Positions 28,530-39,346 of a DNA stretch of 64,000 bases are shown here, one piece after another. How positions within the stretch are numbered: position 1 is the stretch's first letter; each line of letters begins with the position of its first letter. The position numbers were made by a program, and so were the translations under genes. The notes beneath the pieces were generated by a model. The model was not told where the DNA came from and did not search any database. It was given only the letters and a program-made list of their open reading frames with translations. Source of the DNA: Candidatus Dojkabacteria bacterium. GTDB taxonomy: Bacteria > Patescibacteriota > Dojkabacteria > B142 > WJKM01. The stretch spans positions 170,852 to 234,851 of the forward strand of contig WJKM01000011.1 in NCBI GenBank assembly GCA_014729085.1. The letters are read 5' to 3'.

Positions 28530-30449
28530 ATGAAATCAAAGAAAATAAATAAAGCCAAAAATACAAAAAAACAGAAGTATATTTTCCCAGAAGGGTCTAT
28601 TCCTAAACAAATACAAAATGCTTTATCCGAAACAATTAATAAAGAATTCGACATGAAGATTGCAACAGACGAAATACATCTTGAAAGGCCTAATGAATCT
28701 GCCCACGGTGATTATGCTTCAACTATTGCATTGCAGTTATCAAAAAATTTAAATAAAAAGCCATTCGAAATAGCAAAAGTACTTCACGCAAAAATTCTAG
28801 ATTCTAATGCATTTTCTGAAGGTATGAGACTAATCACTGGTGATTCAATCTTTATCTCAAAAGACGGTATCAAAATTGCTGGGCCAGGCTTCATAAACTT
28901 TGAACTTTCCCAAAAATCATTGATAAAAAATCTTATTAAATTTTCCGACAATGATTTTTATCAACTCGATTTCTTTAAGGATGAAAAAATTATGGTTGAA
29001 TTTACAGACCCAAATCCTTTCAAAGAATTTCATATAGGTCATGCATACAGCAATACAGTAGGAGAATCAATTGCTCGAATCTTTGAAGCTTTGGGAGCTG
29101 AAGTGAAGAGAGGAAATTTTTTTGGCGATGTTGGAATGCATGTTGCAAAATCTTTGTGGGGTATAAGAAAAAAACTGGATGAGGAAGACATTGAATTTGA
29201 AAAGTTGGAGGAATATCCTCTGGACGAAAGAATAAAATTTTTAGGGGAAGCCTATGCATTAGGAGCAACAGCATTTAAAGTAAGTAAAGATTCACGTGAA
29301 GAGATAAAAGACCTTAACTATTTAGTGTACATTGTTGGTCAGGAATATATGAAGGAAAAATTCAATTGGGAACCCCAAGTAAATTATAAACAATATGTTG
29401 AATATGATGAGGATGATTTAAGATGGGTAAAAAAAGTCTATTTTCAAGGTAAAACTTGGAGTATGAATTATTTTGAAACAATATACGAAATCTTAGGGAC
29501 TGAATTTGACTATTATTATCCGGAAAGTATTGCAGGAGAATATGGACTTCCCATTGTTAAAGAATATCTAGAGAAAGGTGTTTTCACTAAAAGTGATAAC
29601 GCTGTTGTTTTTGAAGGGGAAAAATATGGACTGCATACGAGAGTATTTATTAATTCTCTTGGACTACCAACTTATGAAACAAAGGATATAGGCCTTCCAA
29701 TAACAAAGTTTAAAGATTTTAAATACGACAAATCTATAATTGTTACAGCAAATGAAATTGATGAGTACTACAAGGTTGTACATAAAGCACTCAGCCTAAT
29801 AAAACCAGAGTTGGCGGAAAAAACAAAGCATATAAGTCACGGCATGGTTAAACTTCCAGAAGGAAAAATGTCTTCCAGAACAGGAAAAATTATAACCGGA
29901 AAATGGTTAATAGAAGAAACCAAGAAAAGGGTAAGGGAAATAATTAAAGATACTAATAGAATAGAGAAGAGCGAAATGGCAGAAGTAGCTGAGATTCTTG
30001 CCGTGGGTGCAATCAAATATGCCTTTTTAAAACCTAAGATAGGAGGAGACATAGTTTTTGATTTTGGAGAATCAGTAAGTTTCGAAGGCAATAGCGGACC
30101 CTATCTTCAGTATACTTACGCAAGATGTAAATCCATTTTAAATAAGAATGATCAAGAAATTGATATAAATGAGAGTCAGAATTTCAATCCACATGAACTT
30201 TCAATTGTACGAAGTTTAGTACACTACCAGGAAACAGTATTAGAAGCTGGAAGATGTTATTCTCCTCATCTAATTGCTACCTTTTTGTATGAATTAGCAC
30301 AAAGGTTCAATAACTTCTATCAAAACTGTCCCATTCTCAATGAAAAGGAGACATTAAAAAATAAGAGGTTACTAATCACTCATGCTGTTGCTAATGTACT
30401 AAAACATGGATTAAATACACTTGGAATAAAAACTGTCGAAAGCATGTAA
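28530..30449 (+). CDS. argS: arginyl-tRNA synthetase
   Basis: Class I HIGH motif (FHIGHAYS), a degenerate KMSKS motif (KMSSRTGK), and a C-terminal DALR-type anticodon-binding domain; 639 aa. Confidence 0.9.
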   Translation: MKSKKINKAKNTKKQKYIFPEGSIPKQIQNALSETINKEFDMKIATDEIHLERPNESAHGDYASTIALQLSKNLNKKPFEIAKVLHAKILDSNAFSEGMRLITGDSIFISKDGIKIAGPGFINFELSQKSLIKNLIKFSDNDFYQLDFFKDEKIMVEFTDPNPFKEFHIGHAYSNTVGESIARIFEALGAEVKRGNFFGDVGMHVAKSLWGIRKKLDEEDIEFEKLEEYPLDERIKFLGEAYALGATAFKVSKDSREEIKDLNYLVYIVGQEYMKEKFNWEPQVNYKQYVEYDEDDLRWVKKVYFQGKTWSMNYFETIYEILGTEFDYYYPESIAGEYGLPIVKEYLEKGVFTKSDNAVVFEGEKYGLHTRVFINSLGLPTYETKDIGLPITKFKDFKYDKSIIVTANEIDEYYKVVHKALSLIKPELAEKTKHISHGMVKLPEGKMSSRTGKIITGKWLIEETKKRVREIIKDTNRIEKSEMAEVAEILAVGAIKYAFLKPKIGGDIVFDFGESVSFEGNSGPYLQYTYARCKSILNKNDQEIDINESQNFNPHELSIVRSLVHYQETVLEAGRCYSPHLIATFLYELAQRFNNFYQNCPILNEKETLKNKRLLITHAVANVLKHGLNTLGIKTVESM

Positions 30450-30564
30450 TCAATTACTAACATAGCTTTGATCTCCACCTAGACTTGCTTGACATATCTA
30501 TATATGGAAGATATAATCCCTAACAACATAACCCATAATTTTAACTTTTTTTAAAATTTAGTTC

Positions 30565-31671
30565 ATGAAACCCTTCATTAACTTTCTATCAATCCTTCTT
30601 TTCAGTTTAGTTTTGATATTAAGTGCAGGAGGCTTGATTGTAGTTGCCACAGCATCACTTCTCGCTCAAAGCGATAATAATTATATTTCAGCCAACTCTC
30701 AAGATGAATCATTACTTTTGTCTGATGATGATGAAGAAAATCTAGAAGTAATTCATAATACTTTTGAAGTTTACGACGTAAAAATTAATGAATATAAAGA
30801 GGCTGGTATGATGAAAATATACAACGCTTCAGACAGTCTGAGAGAAATATACATCCACTTTAGACCTAAATCACCAGAAGATAAGAAAACAGCTTCCAAT
30901 TTTATATTCCGTGTTTATCGAGGGGAGGCTACTTATCTTGATGAAAACAATTATAGAGTAACTAGAAATAATAACTTTTCAAAACCAATATATGAGGGTA
31001 CTTTGGACAAAATCGGAAATGATCTTTTCGACGTTATCGAAAAAGAAGGAGAGGTTGAATACATATTTGAAGTGACTCTGAAAGATAGTTTTAAAGAAAA
31101 TAAAAAAAACGATGTGAGTTTTTCTCTGGAAATTGAAGGGGTGACTATTGAAGATAAAGATAAAGAGAAAAAAGAACCTATCCTTGATATCTCTTCATCG
31201 AATTGGTCTGATCTTAATTCTTATCATAATGTAAGCGAAGAAAGGCTTCCAGTAGTTCAAACATTCAAACCTCATATAGAAGGACAACTGTCTTACATTG
31301 AGATTTGTACTGTAAGGAATGTATCAATCGAAATTTATGAAGGCGAGGCTCTTGAAGAAGAAATACAAAATTTAAAAATAAAATATATAAGTAAATCCAT
31401 AGAAACAGAAGACACCGGAGAAATCTGCAGTGATTACGAAAATTTTACAAAAAAGAAAATTTATTTTGACCAATCGACCATTTTAGACACCGAAGAAGAT
31501 CAAGAAGGAAATTTTACAAAAATATACACACTCAGGTTCGTACCGGAAAATGATATATATTCAATTGCATTCCCACCTAAATCGGAATATACCGAAGGAA
31601 GATTAAGCCTAAGTGATTCCTGGGAAAACGAACTTGACGTTGCATTTAATACATGGATGATAGAAAAGTAA
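30565..31671 (+). CDS. secreted protein with a SipW-cognate (TasA/camelysin-like) signal peptide
   Basis: Hydrophobic N-terminus ending ...ESLLLSDDDEENLEVIHNTFEV, comparable to the TasA-type AFFSD.E.....NTF signature; an acidic beta-rich body. Confidence 0.45.
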   Translation: MKPFINFLSILLFSLVLILSAGGLIVVATASLLAQSDNNYISANSQDESLLLSDDDEENLEVIHNTFEVYDVKINEYKEAGMMKIYNASDSLREIYIHFRPKSPEDKKTASNFIFRVYRGEATYLDENNYRVTRNNNFSKPIYEGTLDKIGNDLFDVIEKEGEVEYIFEVTLKDSFKENKKNDVSFSLEIEGVTIEDKDKEKKEPILDISSSNWSDLNSYHNVSEERLPVVQTFKPHIEGQLSYIEICTVRNVSIEIYEGEALEEEIQNLKIKYISKSIETEDTGEICSDYENFTKKKIYFDQSTILDTEEDQEGNFTKIYTLRFVPENDIYSIAFPPKSEYTEGRLSLSDSWENELDVAFNTWMIEK

Positions 31672-31722
31672 TATCAATATTTTAGTTATACTGTCCAAAT
31701 TTATTTTTTATTTTATATATAG

Positions 31723-33363
31723 ATGAGAAAAAACAGATTAACAGCATCAACCCTGCTGCTAGGAGCTTTGATACTCTTTGCTACTGCTAGCATGGTTGTT
31801 CTTGCTACAATTCTCGCAACAAGTACAGGTAACACCGTTACCGCTACTGCCACCGAAGGTTTTCTTCTAACAGATGATGACGAAACAATGCAATCTGAGA
31901 TAGAAGGAACTTTTAATTTACAAAACCTCGGTTCTGATTACGTAGAGGCTGCTACCATAGGTGTCTTAAACGCTTCAAGTACTCAGGAAGATCTTGATCT
32001 TCTAGTTCACTTTCTAGGCAATGATGATGATTCAGAAGGAACCGATAGAGCAACAGCTGCATACTTTGATGTCAGAATTTCTAAATTAAATGAAGAAGGA
32101 AACCCTGATCCAAATTTTGGAGATCAAGATGGAACAGCCGATGGATACTATATTACAACTCTTGATAAATTATCTGGAGAAAATAATGATGTAGTCTTTG
32201 ACCATGTTCCTTTTGGAGCTCAATACGAATACGTTTTCGAGATGAAAACTGATCATATGTTCCTACCTGGTGAGAAAAATAATGTCAACTTCTCTTTACA
32301 ATTTGAGAGTGTTGAGAATATGACAGGTGAATGGCAGTATGTAGGTAATACAGATTTTAGCAACAGCAATGTCTGGGATCTTTCTATTGAGACTAATATG
32401 CAAACCGATGAGACTTATGTAGCTTTTGTTGAAACAGATAATGGAAGCAAGGCAAGTGTTATGAAGTTTAATGGCACATCTTGGAAATACGTCGGTTCAC
32501 CAGCTTTTACACCAGACAGAGCTAACGAACTAAACCTTGCAATTAATCCAGTAAATGGAGATCTATATGTTGCATTTGGTGATAATTCCAACGGCCATAA
32601 AGCAAGCGTTATGAAGTTTAATGGGTCTACTTGGGAATATGTAGGGACTCCAGGGTTTAGTAATGGATATGGGTGGTATATTAACATTGATATCAATCCA
32701 ACTACTGGAGAACCATATGTAGCCTACTTTGACTACAACTCAACAAATAAAGTCATTGTTGAAAAATTTAATGGTACAACATGGGAAAACCTTCCTGATC
32801 CAGGAGTTAGCAGCCATGCAGAATTTTCTATCAATCCATATACAAGTGAACCTTACTTAGTTTACGCTACAAGTTCAGGCAAGCTTGAAGTGAAAAAATT
32901 TGATGGTTCAAACTGGAGCACTGTAGGAAATTCCGAATTTGGTTTTTCAAGTCCTCGTGATATAAATCCTGTTAAATTCAGCCCAACAACACATCAGCCT
33001 TATGTTGCTTTCTTACATGTAACAAGCTGGGTTCCTATTGAATATAAGCCAGTAGTAATGACATTAAATGACTCAACCTGGGAATATGTATGTTCAGATC
33101 CATCTACATGTGATCCTCATATTACCAGTGGATACGGAGACAATGTACATTTTGAGATGAGCTTATCAGGAAAACCAACTATTTCATATAGGGGCTCAAA
33201 TAGTCTAAGTGTGAAATATTTTGATGGTGAAAATTGGGAATTTTTAGGTGAACCAAACTTTGTTAGTGGATTTCATAATGATCTTTCAATTAACTCAAGA
33301 GGTGAGGTTCATGTTGCACAAGCAGATATGACAGATAAAGTATCGGTTCTTGCCTATAAATAG
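31723..33363 (+). CDS. secreted TasA/camelysin-like protein with ~45-aa tandem beta repeats
   Basis: Signal peptide ...TEGFLLTDDDETMQSEIEGTFNL (SipW-type signature). Five or more repeats of the form (K/E)KFNG(S/T)xWE(Y/N)(V/L)GxPxF, e.g. KASVMKFNGTSWKYVGSPAFT and KASVMKFNGSTWEYVGTPGFS. Confidence 0.5.
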   Translation: MRKNRLTASTLLLGALILFATASMVVLATILATSTGNTVTATATEGFLLTDDDETMQSEIEGTFNLQNLGSDYVEAATIGVLNASSTQEDLDLLVHFLGNDDDSEGTDRATAAYFDVRISKLNEEGNPDPNFGDQDGTADGYYITTLDKLSGENNDVVFDHVPFGAQYEYVFEMKTDHMFLPGEKNNVNFSLQFESVENMTGEWQYVGNTDFSNSNVWDLSIETNMQTDETYVAFVETDNGSKASVMKFNGTSWKYVGSPAFTPDRANELNLAINPVNGDLYVAFGDNSNGHKASVMKFNGSTWEYVGTPGFSNGYGWYINIDINPTTGEPYVAYFDYNSTNKVIVEKFNGTTWENLPDPGVSSHAEFSINPYTSEPYLVYATSSGKLEVKKFDGSNWSTVGNSEFGFSSPRDINPVKFSPTTHQPYVAFLHVTSWVPIEYKPVVMTLNDSTWEYVCSDPSTCDPHITSGYGDNVHFEMSLSGKPTISYRGSNSLSVKYFDGENWEFLGEPNFVSGFHNDLSINSRGEVHVAQADMTDKVSVLAYK

Positions 33364-33414
33364 GATCTTTGTGATCTAAACACTTAAGAAAGCCCTGTAT
33401 TCCAATACAGGGCT

Positions 33415-35199
33415 TTATCTTTTCCGTAGTATTCTTGAAACACCCCCAATGAAAATCACAACAAATAGAACAAAAAGACTTAACACCATTATCTGTGATG
33501 TATTCTCAAGATCCAATCCATATTGTAAAGAAACAACTCCAGCTTTTAGTCTATTTTTCATTTGATCAAACATAACTTCAGCCGTTTCCTTTTCTTTTTT
33601 AGGATATTTTTTCATAAACTGTTTGATAGATGTCAATTGACTTTTTTTCTTATCCATCTTAGCAACAGTTTGAATTTCAAATTTTGGAGGGTCTAGTTCT
33701 TGATTTGCCCCATAGGCATATCTCGATATTAAAGAAGGTTCATTAGGATTTTTATACGCAGTATGGCTATAGAAATGATTCAAATCTCCTCCTATTATGA
33801 TCTCTCCTGATTCACCCCAAGTAACATCTACGTCTATCCACTCATCAACTCCGGGCATATAAACCTGTACCCATTGATGCGGTTCTTGTTTATCACTTGA
33901 CATCCTGGAATCATATCCATAACCAAACACAGCCCGGGCTGGTATATTACTTGCGCGAGCAAGACTGATAAAAAGATCTGAATATTCCATACATACTGCA
34001 GAACCTCCAAGAAGAGTTTTTAAAGCTCCTTGCCTCTCATTTAAACCAAACCTTTTAACTTCATCATAGTCTATAGTATCAACAATATATTCATATATAT
34101 TTTTTACAATTTGAAATGTATTGTCTGAATCCTTTTTGAGTTTTTCAGCTTTAACTTGAATTGGTTCGCTATTAACTTCCCAATATTCTGCAGGTTTAGT
34201 ATATTTTTGTACCAATCCATCTTCTATGTCACCTAGAGAACCAACTTCTTTTTCGAAATCAAACTCCTCAGTTTTTTCAATATATGCATAGCCGTCAATA
34301 ATAATCTCATGATTTTCATTTGATAAAAATTCAAATTCGGCAAATAAATTTCCTTCTTCATCTTCAAAGATGGCTGTTGGCTCCGGATCGATGCTACTTA
34401 AAAAAACCTCCTGTTTTATTTCTCCTACTGAAAAATCTTTAGGTATTACCAATTCAAATCTATTTTTCAAACCTGTTAATTTTTCTTCTGTAGCATCTGC
34501 ATATTGAGTAATTTTAAAATCATAGATCTGATAAGTTCCAAGTTGTAGCCAGATATATGCATCTACCAAAGACTCCTGATCAAAACTGTAAAGAGTATAA
34601 TCTAATGCTCTCTCTGTGTTTTTTGGCTCTGGATTAATAAAATTAACCTCTTTATCAATAGAAGAGGGGATTATTAATTTTGTGGAGTAAATCATCTTTG
34701 TATTTGAGGTCTCAAACTCAAAGTTTTTCTCAAAGCCATGGATGTAAACATCAATCAATGCCCCATTTTGATAAACCAACGAAGGATGTGTATACTCTAA
34801 CGTAAACTCTCGACTTTCTCCGAAATAAAGATCTCTTCCATAAGGAAAACTTATCTTTGCAATACTATCTTCAATCTTGCTGTTAAAATCTTTTGCTTCG
34901 CCATTCTCGGTTACTTTTACCGTTTCAAGAGCTTCTTCTAAAATTTTCAGTGTATTGGGATCATCTATCCGGAAGGCTAGTATTGAAAAATCTACTGTCT
35001 CTTCCCCAGGAATATATAGTTTCTCTAAATTATTCCTTATAGACTGTTTTTCTGTAACTTTCATTTCTAAATCATCTGTGACTTCATATGTCCTTTCTAT
35101 GTTCACTCTAATTTTTGCTGAGGTGCTTGTTATACTAAGAAAGAGGAACAAGGGAATAAAAGCAAGTATTTTTTGTAATTGAAAACATTGTTTTTTCAT
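33415..35199 (-). CDS. transglutaminase-like exported protein
   Basis: Signal peptide; transglutaminase-like core with the Cys in GGSAVCMEYSDLFISLARASNIPARAVFGYGY, and His/Asp in EPHQWVQVYMPGVDEWIDVDVTWG; C-terminal TM helix plus RKR tail. Confidence 0.7.
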   Translation of the reverse strand: MKKQCFQLQKILAFIPLFLFLSITSTSAKIRVNIERTYEVTDDLEMKVTEKQSIRNNLEKLYIPGEETVDFSILAFRIDDPNTLKILEEALETVKVTENGEAKDFNSKIEDSIAKISFPYGRDLYFGESREFTLEYTHPSLVYQNGALIDVYIHGFEKNFEFETSNTKMIYSTKLIIPSSIDKEVNFINPEPKNTERALDYTLYSFDQESLVDAYIWLQLGTYQIYDFKITQYADATEEKLTGLKNRFELVIPKDFSVGEIKQEVFLSSIDPEPTAIFEDEEGNLFAEFEFLSNENHEIIIDGYAYIEKTEEFDFEKEVGSLGDIEDGLVQKYTKPAEYWEVNSEPIQVKAEKLKKDSDNTFQIVKNIYEYIVDTIDYDEVKRFGLNERQGALKTLLGGSAVCMEYSDLFISLARASNIPARAVFGYGYDSRMSSDKQEPHQWVQVYMPGVDEWIDVDVTWGESGEIIIGGDLNHFYSHTAYKNPNEPSLISRYAYGANQELDPPKFEIQTVAKMDKKKSQLTSIKQFMKKYPKKEKETAEVMFDQMKNRLKAGVVSLQYGLDLENTSQIMVLSLFVLFVVIFIGGVSRILRKR

Positions 35200-35306
35200 A
35201 ACCCTTATATTATATAGTAAGTTATTGTGCTGTTAAGGTAAAATTTAGTGCTATTTTACAAAATAATATGTTTTGTTTGAATTATGTATAATATCATTTT
35301 TATTAT

Positions 35307-37454
35307 TTGAAACTTTACATGAAATTACTCGAAGGACTCAACGCTCCTCAGCGTGAAGCTGTTGAAACTACTGAAGGACCAGTACTTGTACTGGCGGGTG
35401 CAGGATCTGGAAAAACAAGAGTTCTGACTCATCGTATTGCTTATATTCTCTCTCAAAATAAAGCAAAGACAGAGGAAATACTTGCTGTTACTTTTACAAA
35501 CAAAGCTGCAAATGAAATGAAAGAGAGAATATCTTCCCTCCTCGGCCAAAATTCTCATTCTTATCATAGATCTATCCCTTGGTGCGGAACCTTCCATTCT
35601 ATTTGTGTAAGAATATTGAGAAACAATGGTGAAAAAATTGGAATAAACAATTCTTTTACAATATATGACTCTACTGATTCATTAAATGTAATTAAAGAAT
35701 CTATGGATCGACTTTCTATTAGCAAGAAAGATTTTAATCCATATGCTATACGTTCGGTGATATCTTCTTCAAAAAACGAGCTTATTACCGCACAACAATT
35801 CACTAAGCATGCTGACGGCTACTTTCAAGAAACTGTAGCTAAAATTTATCCCAAATATCAAGAAATTTTACGAAATAATCAGGCACTAGATTTCGACGAC
35901 CTGATAATGAGAACATCACAACTTTTTGATCAATATGATGATGTTCTCAAAAAATACAAACAGATCTTTAAGTATGTAAATGTAGATGAATATCAAGATA
36001 CGAACCATGCACAATACTACCTTATAAAACAACTTACTGAAAAAAATATTTGCGTAGTTGGAGATGATGATCAAAGCATTTATGGATTCAGAGGAGCCAA
36101 TATTCAAAATATTTTAAGTTTTGAGAATGATTTTGAAGATGCAAAAGTAATCAAATTAGAACAAAACTACCGGTCTACACAAAATATATTAGATGCAGCT
36201 CATCATGTAGTTACGAAAAATACAAATAGAAGAAAGAAAAAACTTTGGACTGAACAGAGTGGGGGAGACAAAATTAGGATTCACAAATGTTTAGATGAAT
36301 CAGACGAAGCCGACTGGGTTGCCGGAGAGTGTCTTCATCTCCTGAATGATAAAAAGGTAGATCCAAATCAAATCGCTATTCTTTACAGAACCAATGCCCA
36401 ATCTCGTGCAATGGAAGAAGCGTGCATTAATAATGAAATTCCTTATAAAATTGTTGGCAGTATTAGATTTTACGATCGTAAAGAAATTAAAGACATCATT
36501 TCTTACTTAAGAATTCTTGTCAATCCTGAGGATAATCATAGTCTCCTAAGAATTGTTAATACCCCTAGAAGAGGAATCGGAGAAAAAACCCAAAAACTTA
36601 TTGAGAATACAGCAAGAGAATTAGGATTAAGCTTGACGGAATTTTTAGTTAATGAGTCCGATTCTATCGATAATTCTACAATAAAAAATCTATCTGACAT
36701 ATTACGCGATATATTGAATCATAAAAAGGAAGCCACCCTTACAGAATTGATTAAATTTATACTGGATAGATCAGGATACTGGGATTTTCTCAATGATGGA
36801 ACGATTGAGAACCAATCAAGAATGGAAAATCTGAAAGAACTCATTAGTGTTGCCAGTAGATACGATGAAATGAACTCCGATGATGCGTTGCCCCAATTCC
36901 TTGAGGATGTTGCATTAATAGAGGAGCATTCAAAAAAAGAAAAACAAGATGCAGTTACTCTGATGACCGTACATGCCTCTAAGGGTTTGGAATTCAAATA
37001 TATTTTTCTCATTGGAATGGAGGAAACACTTTTCCCTCATCAAAACTCTCTTTATAACCCAAAAGAAATTGAAGAAGAAAGGAGATTAGCTTATGTCGCA
37101 ATTACAAGAGCAAAACAAAAAATTCATATAACGCATTGTGAGTCTAGAAGATATTATGGCAAAATCCAAAATAATTCACCTTCAAGGTTTATAGAGGATA
37201 TACCAAAAAAGCTTACCGAAATTTCTTCTTCAGTAATTTCCATGAGTGATGAAGAAATATTCGAAGATTATTTTGAAGATGAAGATGAAAAAGAAATACA
37301 AATAAATTTAAAACCAGGGGACAAAGTTAAACATGAAATCTTTGGAAAGGGTAAAGTTATTGAAATAGATGATTCAACTGTTGTTATAGATTTTGGAATT
37401 GGGAAGGGAAAAAAAGAACTTGCATTGGAATATGCAAGAATGGAAAAAATATAA
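35307..37454 (+). CDS. uvrD: ATP-dependent DNA helicase UvrD/PcrA
   Basis: SF1 helicase motifs: Walker A GAGSGKTRVL, VDEYQDT, and QNYRS; 715 aa. Confidence 0.9.
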   Translation: MKLYMKLLEGLNAPQREAVETTEGPVLVLAGAGSGKTRVLTHRIAYILSQNKAKTEEILAVTFTNKAANEMKERISSLLGQNSHSYHRSIPWCGTFHSICVRILRNNGEKIGINNSFTIYDSTDSLNVIKESMDRLSISKKDFNPYAIRSVISSSKNELITAQQFTKHADGYFQETVAKIYPKYQEILRNNQALDFDDLIMRTSQLFDQYDDVLKKYKQIFKYVNVDEYQDTNHAQYYLIKQLTEKNICVVGDDDQSIYGFRGANIQNILSFENDFEDAKVIKLEQNYRSTQNILDAAHHVVTKNTNRRKKKLWTEQSGGDKIRIHKCLDESDEADWVAGECLHLLNDKKVDPNQIAILYRTNAQSRAMEEACINNEIPYKIVGSIRFYDRKEIKDIISYLRILVNPEDNHSLLRIVNTPRRGIGEKTQKLIENTARELGLSLTEFLVNESDSIDNSTIKNLSDILRDILNHKKEATLTELIKFILDRSGYWDFLNDGTIENQSRMENLKELISVASRYDEMNSDDALPQFLEDVALIEEHSKKEKQDAVTLMTVHASKGLEFKYIFLIGMEETLFPHQNSLYNPKEIEEERRLAYVAITRAKQKIHITHCESRRYYGKIQNNSPSRFIEDIPKKLTEISSSVISMSDEEIFEDYFEDEDEKEIQINLKPGDKVKHEIFGKGKVIEIDDSTVVIDFGIGKGKKELALEYARMEKI

Positions 37455-37474
37455 ACTCTAAAAAGTCCCCAATT

Positions 37475-38791
37475 TTAATACTGCATAATAAATTCTAGAA
37501 TTTTCCTAATTTCATCTGTTCCTATACCCTGATGTGTTGGTAAATTGATAGATCTCTGAACAAGCCATTCAGCCTTTGGGCAGGAACCTTCTTTATAATT
37601 CAGAGCACACATATCTACTCCCTGGCAATGAATAACCTCTGTATACCAATTTCCAAGAATTATTCCTTTTGTCTCTGCATCTCTCCTTACATTTTCTGCA
37701 TCTTCCATAACAATAGGAAACCTTAACCATGTCGGAGGCGCGTATCTTGAGGCCTCATTTCTTTTCACGATTTTTATTCCCCGTACTGGTTTTCTTGCGT
37801 CTTCATTAGAAAGTATAGATACTTTCATATTATTATCTTGTTGGACAGTTATGTAATTAGATAAAACCTTAAAATAATTTGAGGCAACCCTTTTACGATG
37901 TTGAATAAATTTCTCCAGTTTACCAAATTGCTTCAATCCCAGTATCGCATTAGAATTGGGCATAGAGTAGGGTAGATGGTTTGCTTTTTTCCCTGTAAGC
38001 TCTTCTTTTGTCAATCCCAATTCATGAAGTCTGATTTTCACAAGAAATTTATAAATTAAGTCTCCAATAAATCCAAACTTTTCTCTTACTTTCCAAATAC
38101 AAGGATTTAATATTCCACGGATAATATCTCTTATTCTAGGTTTCTTAAGATATTCATATTCATCCTCCAAGGGTATTCGAGCTCTTTTATTATGAACAAC
38201 AGCGAAACCCCCTCTTGTTGCCGAAATAATTTTCTCCTGCCCTAATGAGATCATCGCAGCATCGCCAAAAGTTCCGGCCTTGTATCTTTTCCCATCTACT
38301 TGAAATACTTGTCCGAAATTGTGACAGTTGTCTTCTATTAGAATTAGATTATGTTTACTGCAAATATCCTTGATTCTTGAAAGATTGGGAACTATACCAA
38401 AAGTATACTGCACAATTACCGCTTTTGTTTTTAATGTAATTTTTTTCTCTAAATCATCCACATCAATATTAAAGTTATCCAGATCAATATCCACATAAAT
38501 TGGTTTTGCCCCTACCCATAAAATTGGATTCGGTAAAGCAACACAGGTAAAAGCTTGAAGGAGAACTTCGTCACCTTTTCCAATTCCAAAAGCTTTTAAA
38601 ATTGCGTACAGGGAAGAACGAGCGCTATCAAAAGCATATGCTTTTGTATCTAGAAAGTCTCCTACCTTTTTTTCAAGATGTTCTACAGCTTTATTTCCAA
38701 ACCATTTCCAAGGTCGAAACAACAAAGATAAAGCTAAAACAATATCATCTTTTTGAGCATTTGGAGCCCACGAAATTGAAATTTTCTTCAT
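37475..38791 (-). CDS. DegT/DnrJ/EryC1/StrS-family PLP-dependent sugar aminotransferase
   Basis: AFDSARSSLYAILKAFGIGKGDEVLLQAFTCVA... and the active-site Lys region ISLGQEKIISATRGG; 4-nt overlap (ATGA) with the downstream gene. Confidence 0.8.
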   Translation of the reverse strand: MKKISISWAPNAQKDDIVLALSLLFRPWKWFGNKAVEHLEKKVGDFLDTKAYAFDSARSSLYAILKAFGIGKGDEVLLQAFTCVALPNPILWVGAKPIYVDIDLDNFNIDVDDLEKKITLKTKAVIVQYTFGIVPNLSRIKDICSKHNLILIEDNCHNFGQVFQVDGKRYKAGTFGDAAMISLGQEKIISATRGGFAVVHNKRARIPLEDEYEYLKKPRIRDIIRGILNPCIWKVREKFGFIGDLIYKFLVKIRLHELGLTKEELTGKKANHLPYSMPNSNAILGLKQFGKLEKFIQHRKRVASNYFKVLSNYITVQQDNNMKVSILSNEDARKPVRGIKIVKRNEASRYAPPTWLRFPIVMEDAENVRRDAETKGIILGNWYTEVIHCQGVDMCALNYKEGSCPKAEWLVQRSINLPTHQGIGTDEIRKILEFIMQY

Positions 38792-39324
38792 GATTTAATG
38801 TTCTCTTTTAAAATATTTCTTAACTTCTCAATCTGTTGATCATTCCGAAACGCTTTTTTGGGCACTAAATGACATACTCTATCGCTTAAATATAGTACGA
38901 AATAATCTTTCTGTTCTTGATATTTTCTAATCATTTCCCAACCTGTCTGGGTCTTTGATGATAAGATTGATGCCTCGAATTTTTTATCCATGAATTTATA
39001 AGTCTTTTCCGAAAGCAGTAATGGTTCTTTTTTTATTTGTATTGACCAAAAAAGTTTTACTAGATAAATTACAAGAACCAATAGGTGAAAAAAAATATTC
39101 ATAAAAAAAACTAATATTCCTGCACTTAATAGAAAAGAAAATATTGGAATTACCAAAGACGATGAGGCATATCTTCTTTCTAAGATTTTTGGAAAGACAA
39201 TAGCCGAAGATAATATAAAAGAGAAGGTAAAGATAAGGAAATGGGATTTATAGTTCGAGATATATCTTTTAAGAAAAAATTTTAAGTAATCTTGAAATGT
39301 CAGTTTAAATTTAATACTAATCAT
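38788..39324 (-). CDS. small membrane protein (two N-terminal TM helices plus a cytoplasmic domain)
   Basis: 178 aa; hydrophobic helices (FLIFTFSFILSSAIVF, IPIFSFLLSAGILVFFMNIFFHLLVLVIYLV); translationally coupled to the DegT gene. Confidence 0.4.
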   Translation of the reverse strand: MISIKFKLTFQDYLKFFLKRYISNYKSHFLIFTFSFILSSAIVFPKILERRYASSSLVIPIFSFLLSAGILVFFMNIFFHLLVLVIYLVKLFWSIQIKKEPLLLSEKTYKFMDKKFEASILSSKTQTGWEMIRKYQEQKDYFVLYLSDRVCHLVPKKAFRNDQQIEKLRNILKENIKS

Positions 39325-39346
39325 AGGAAGCTTTTATCAATGTGAT

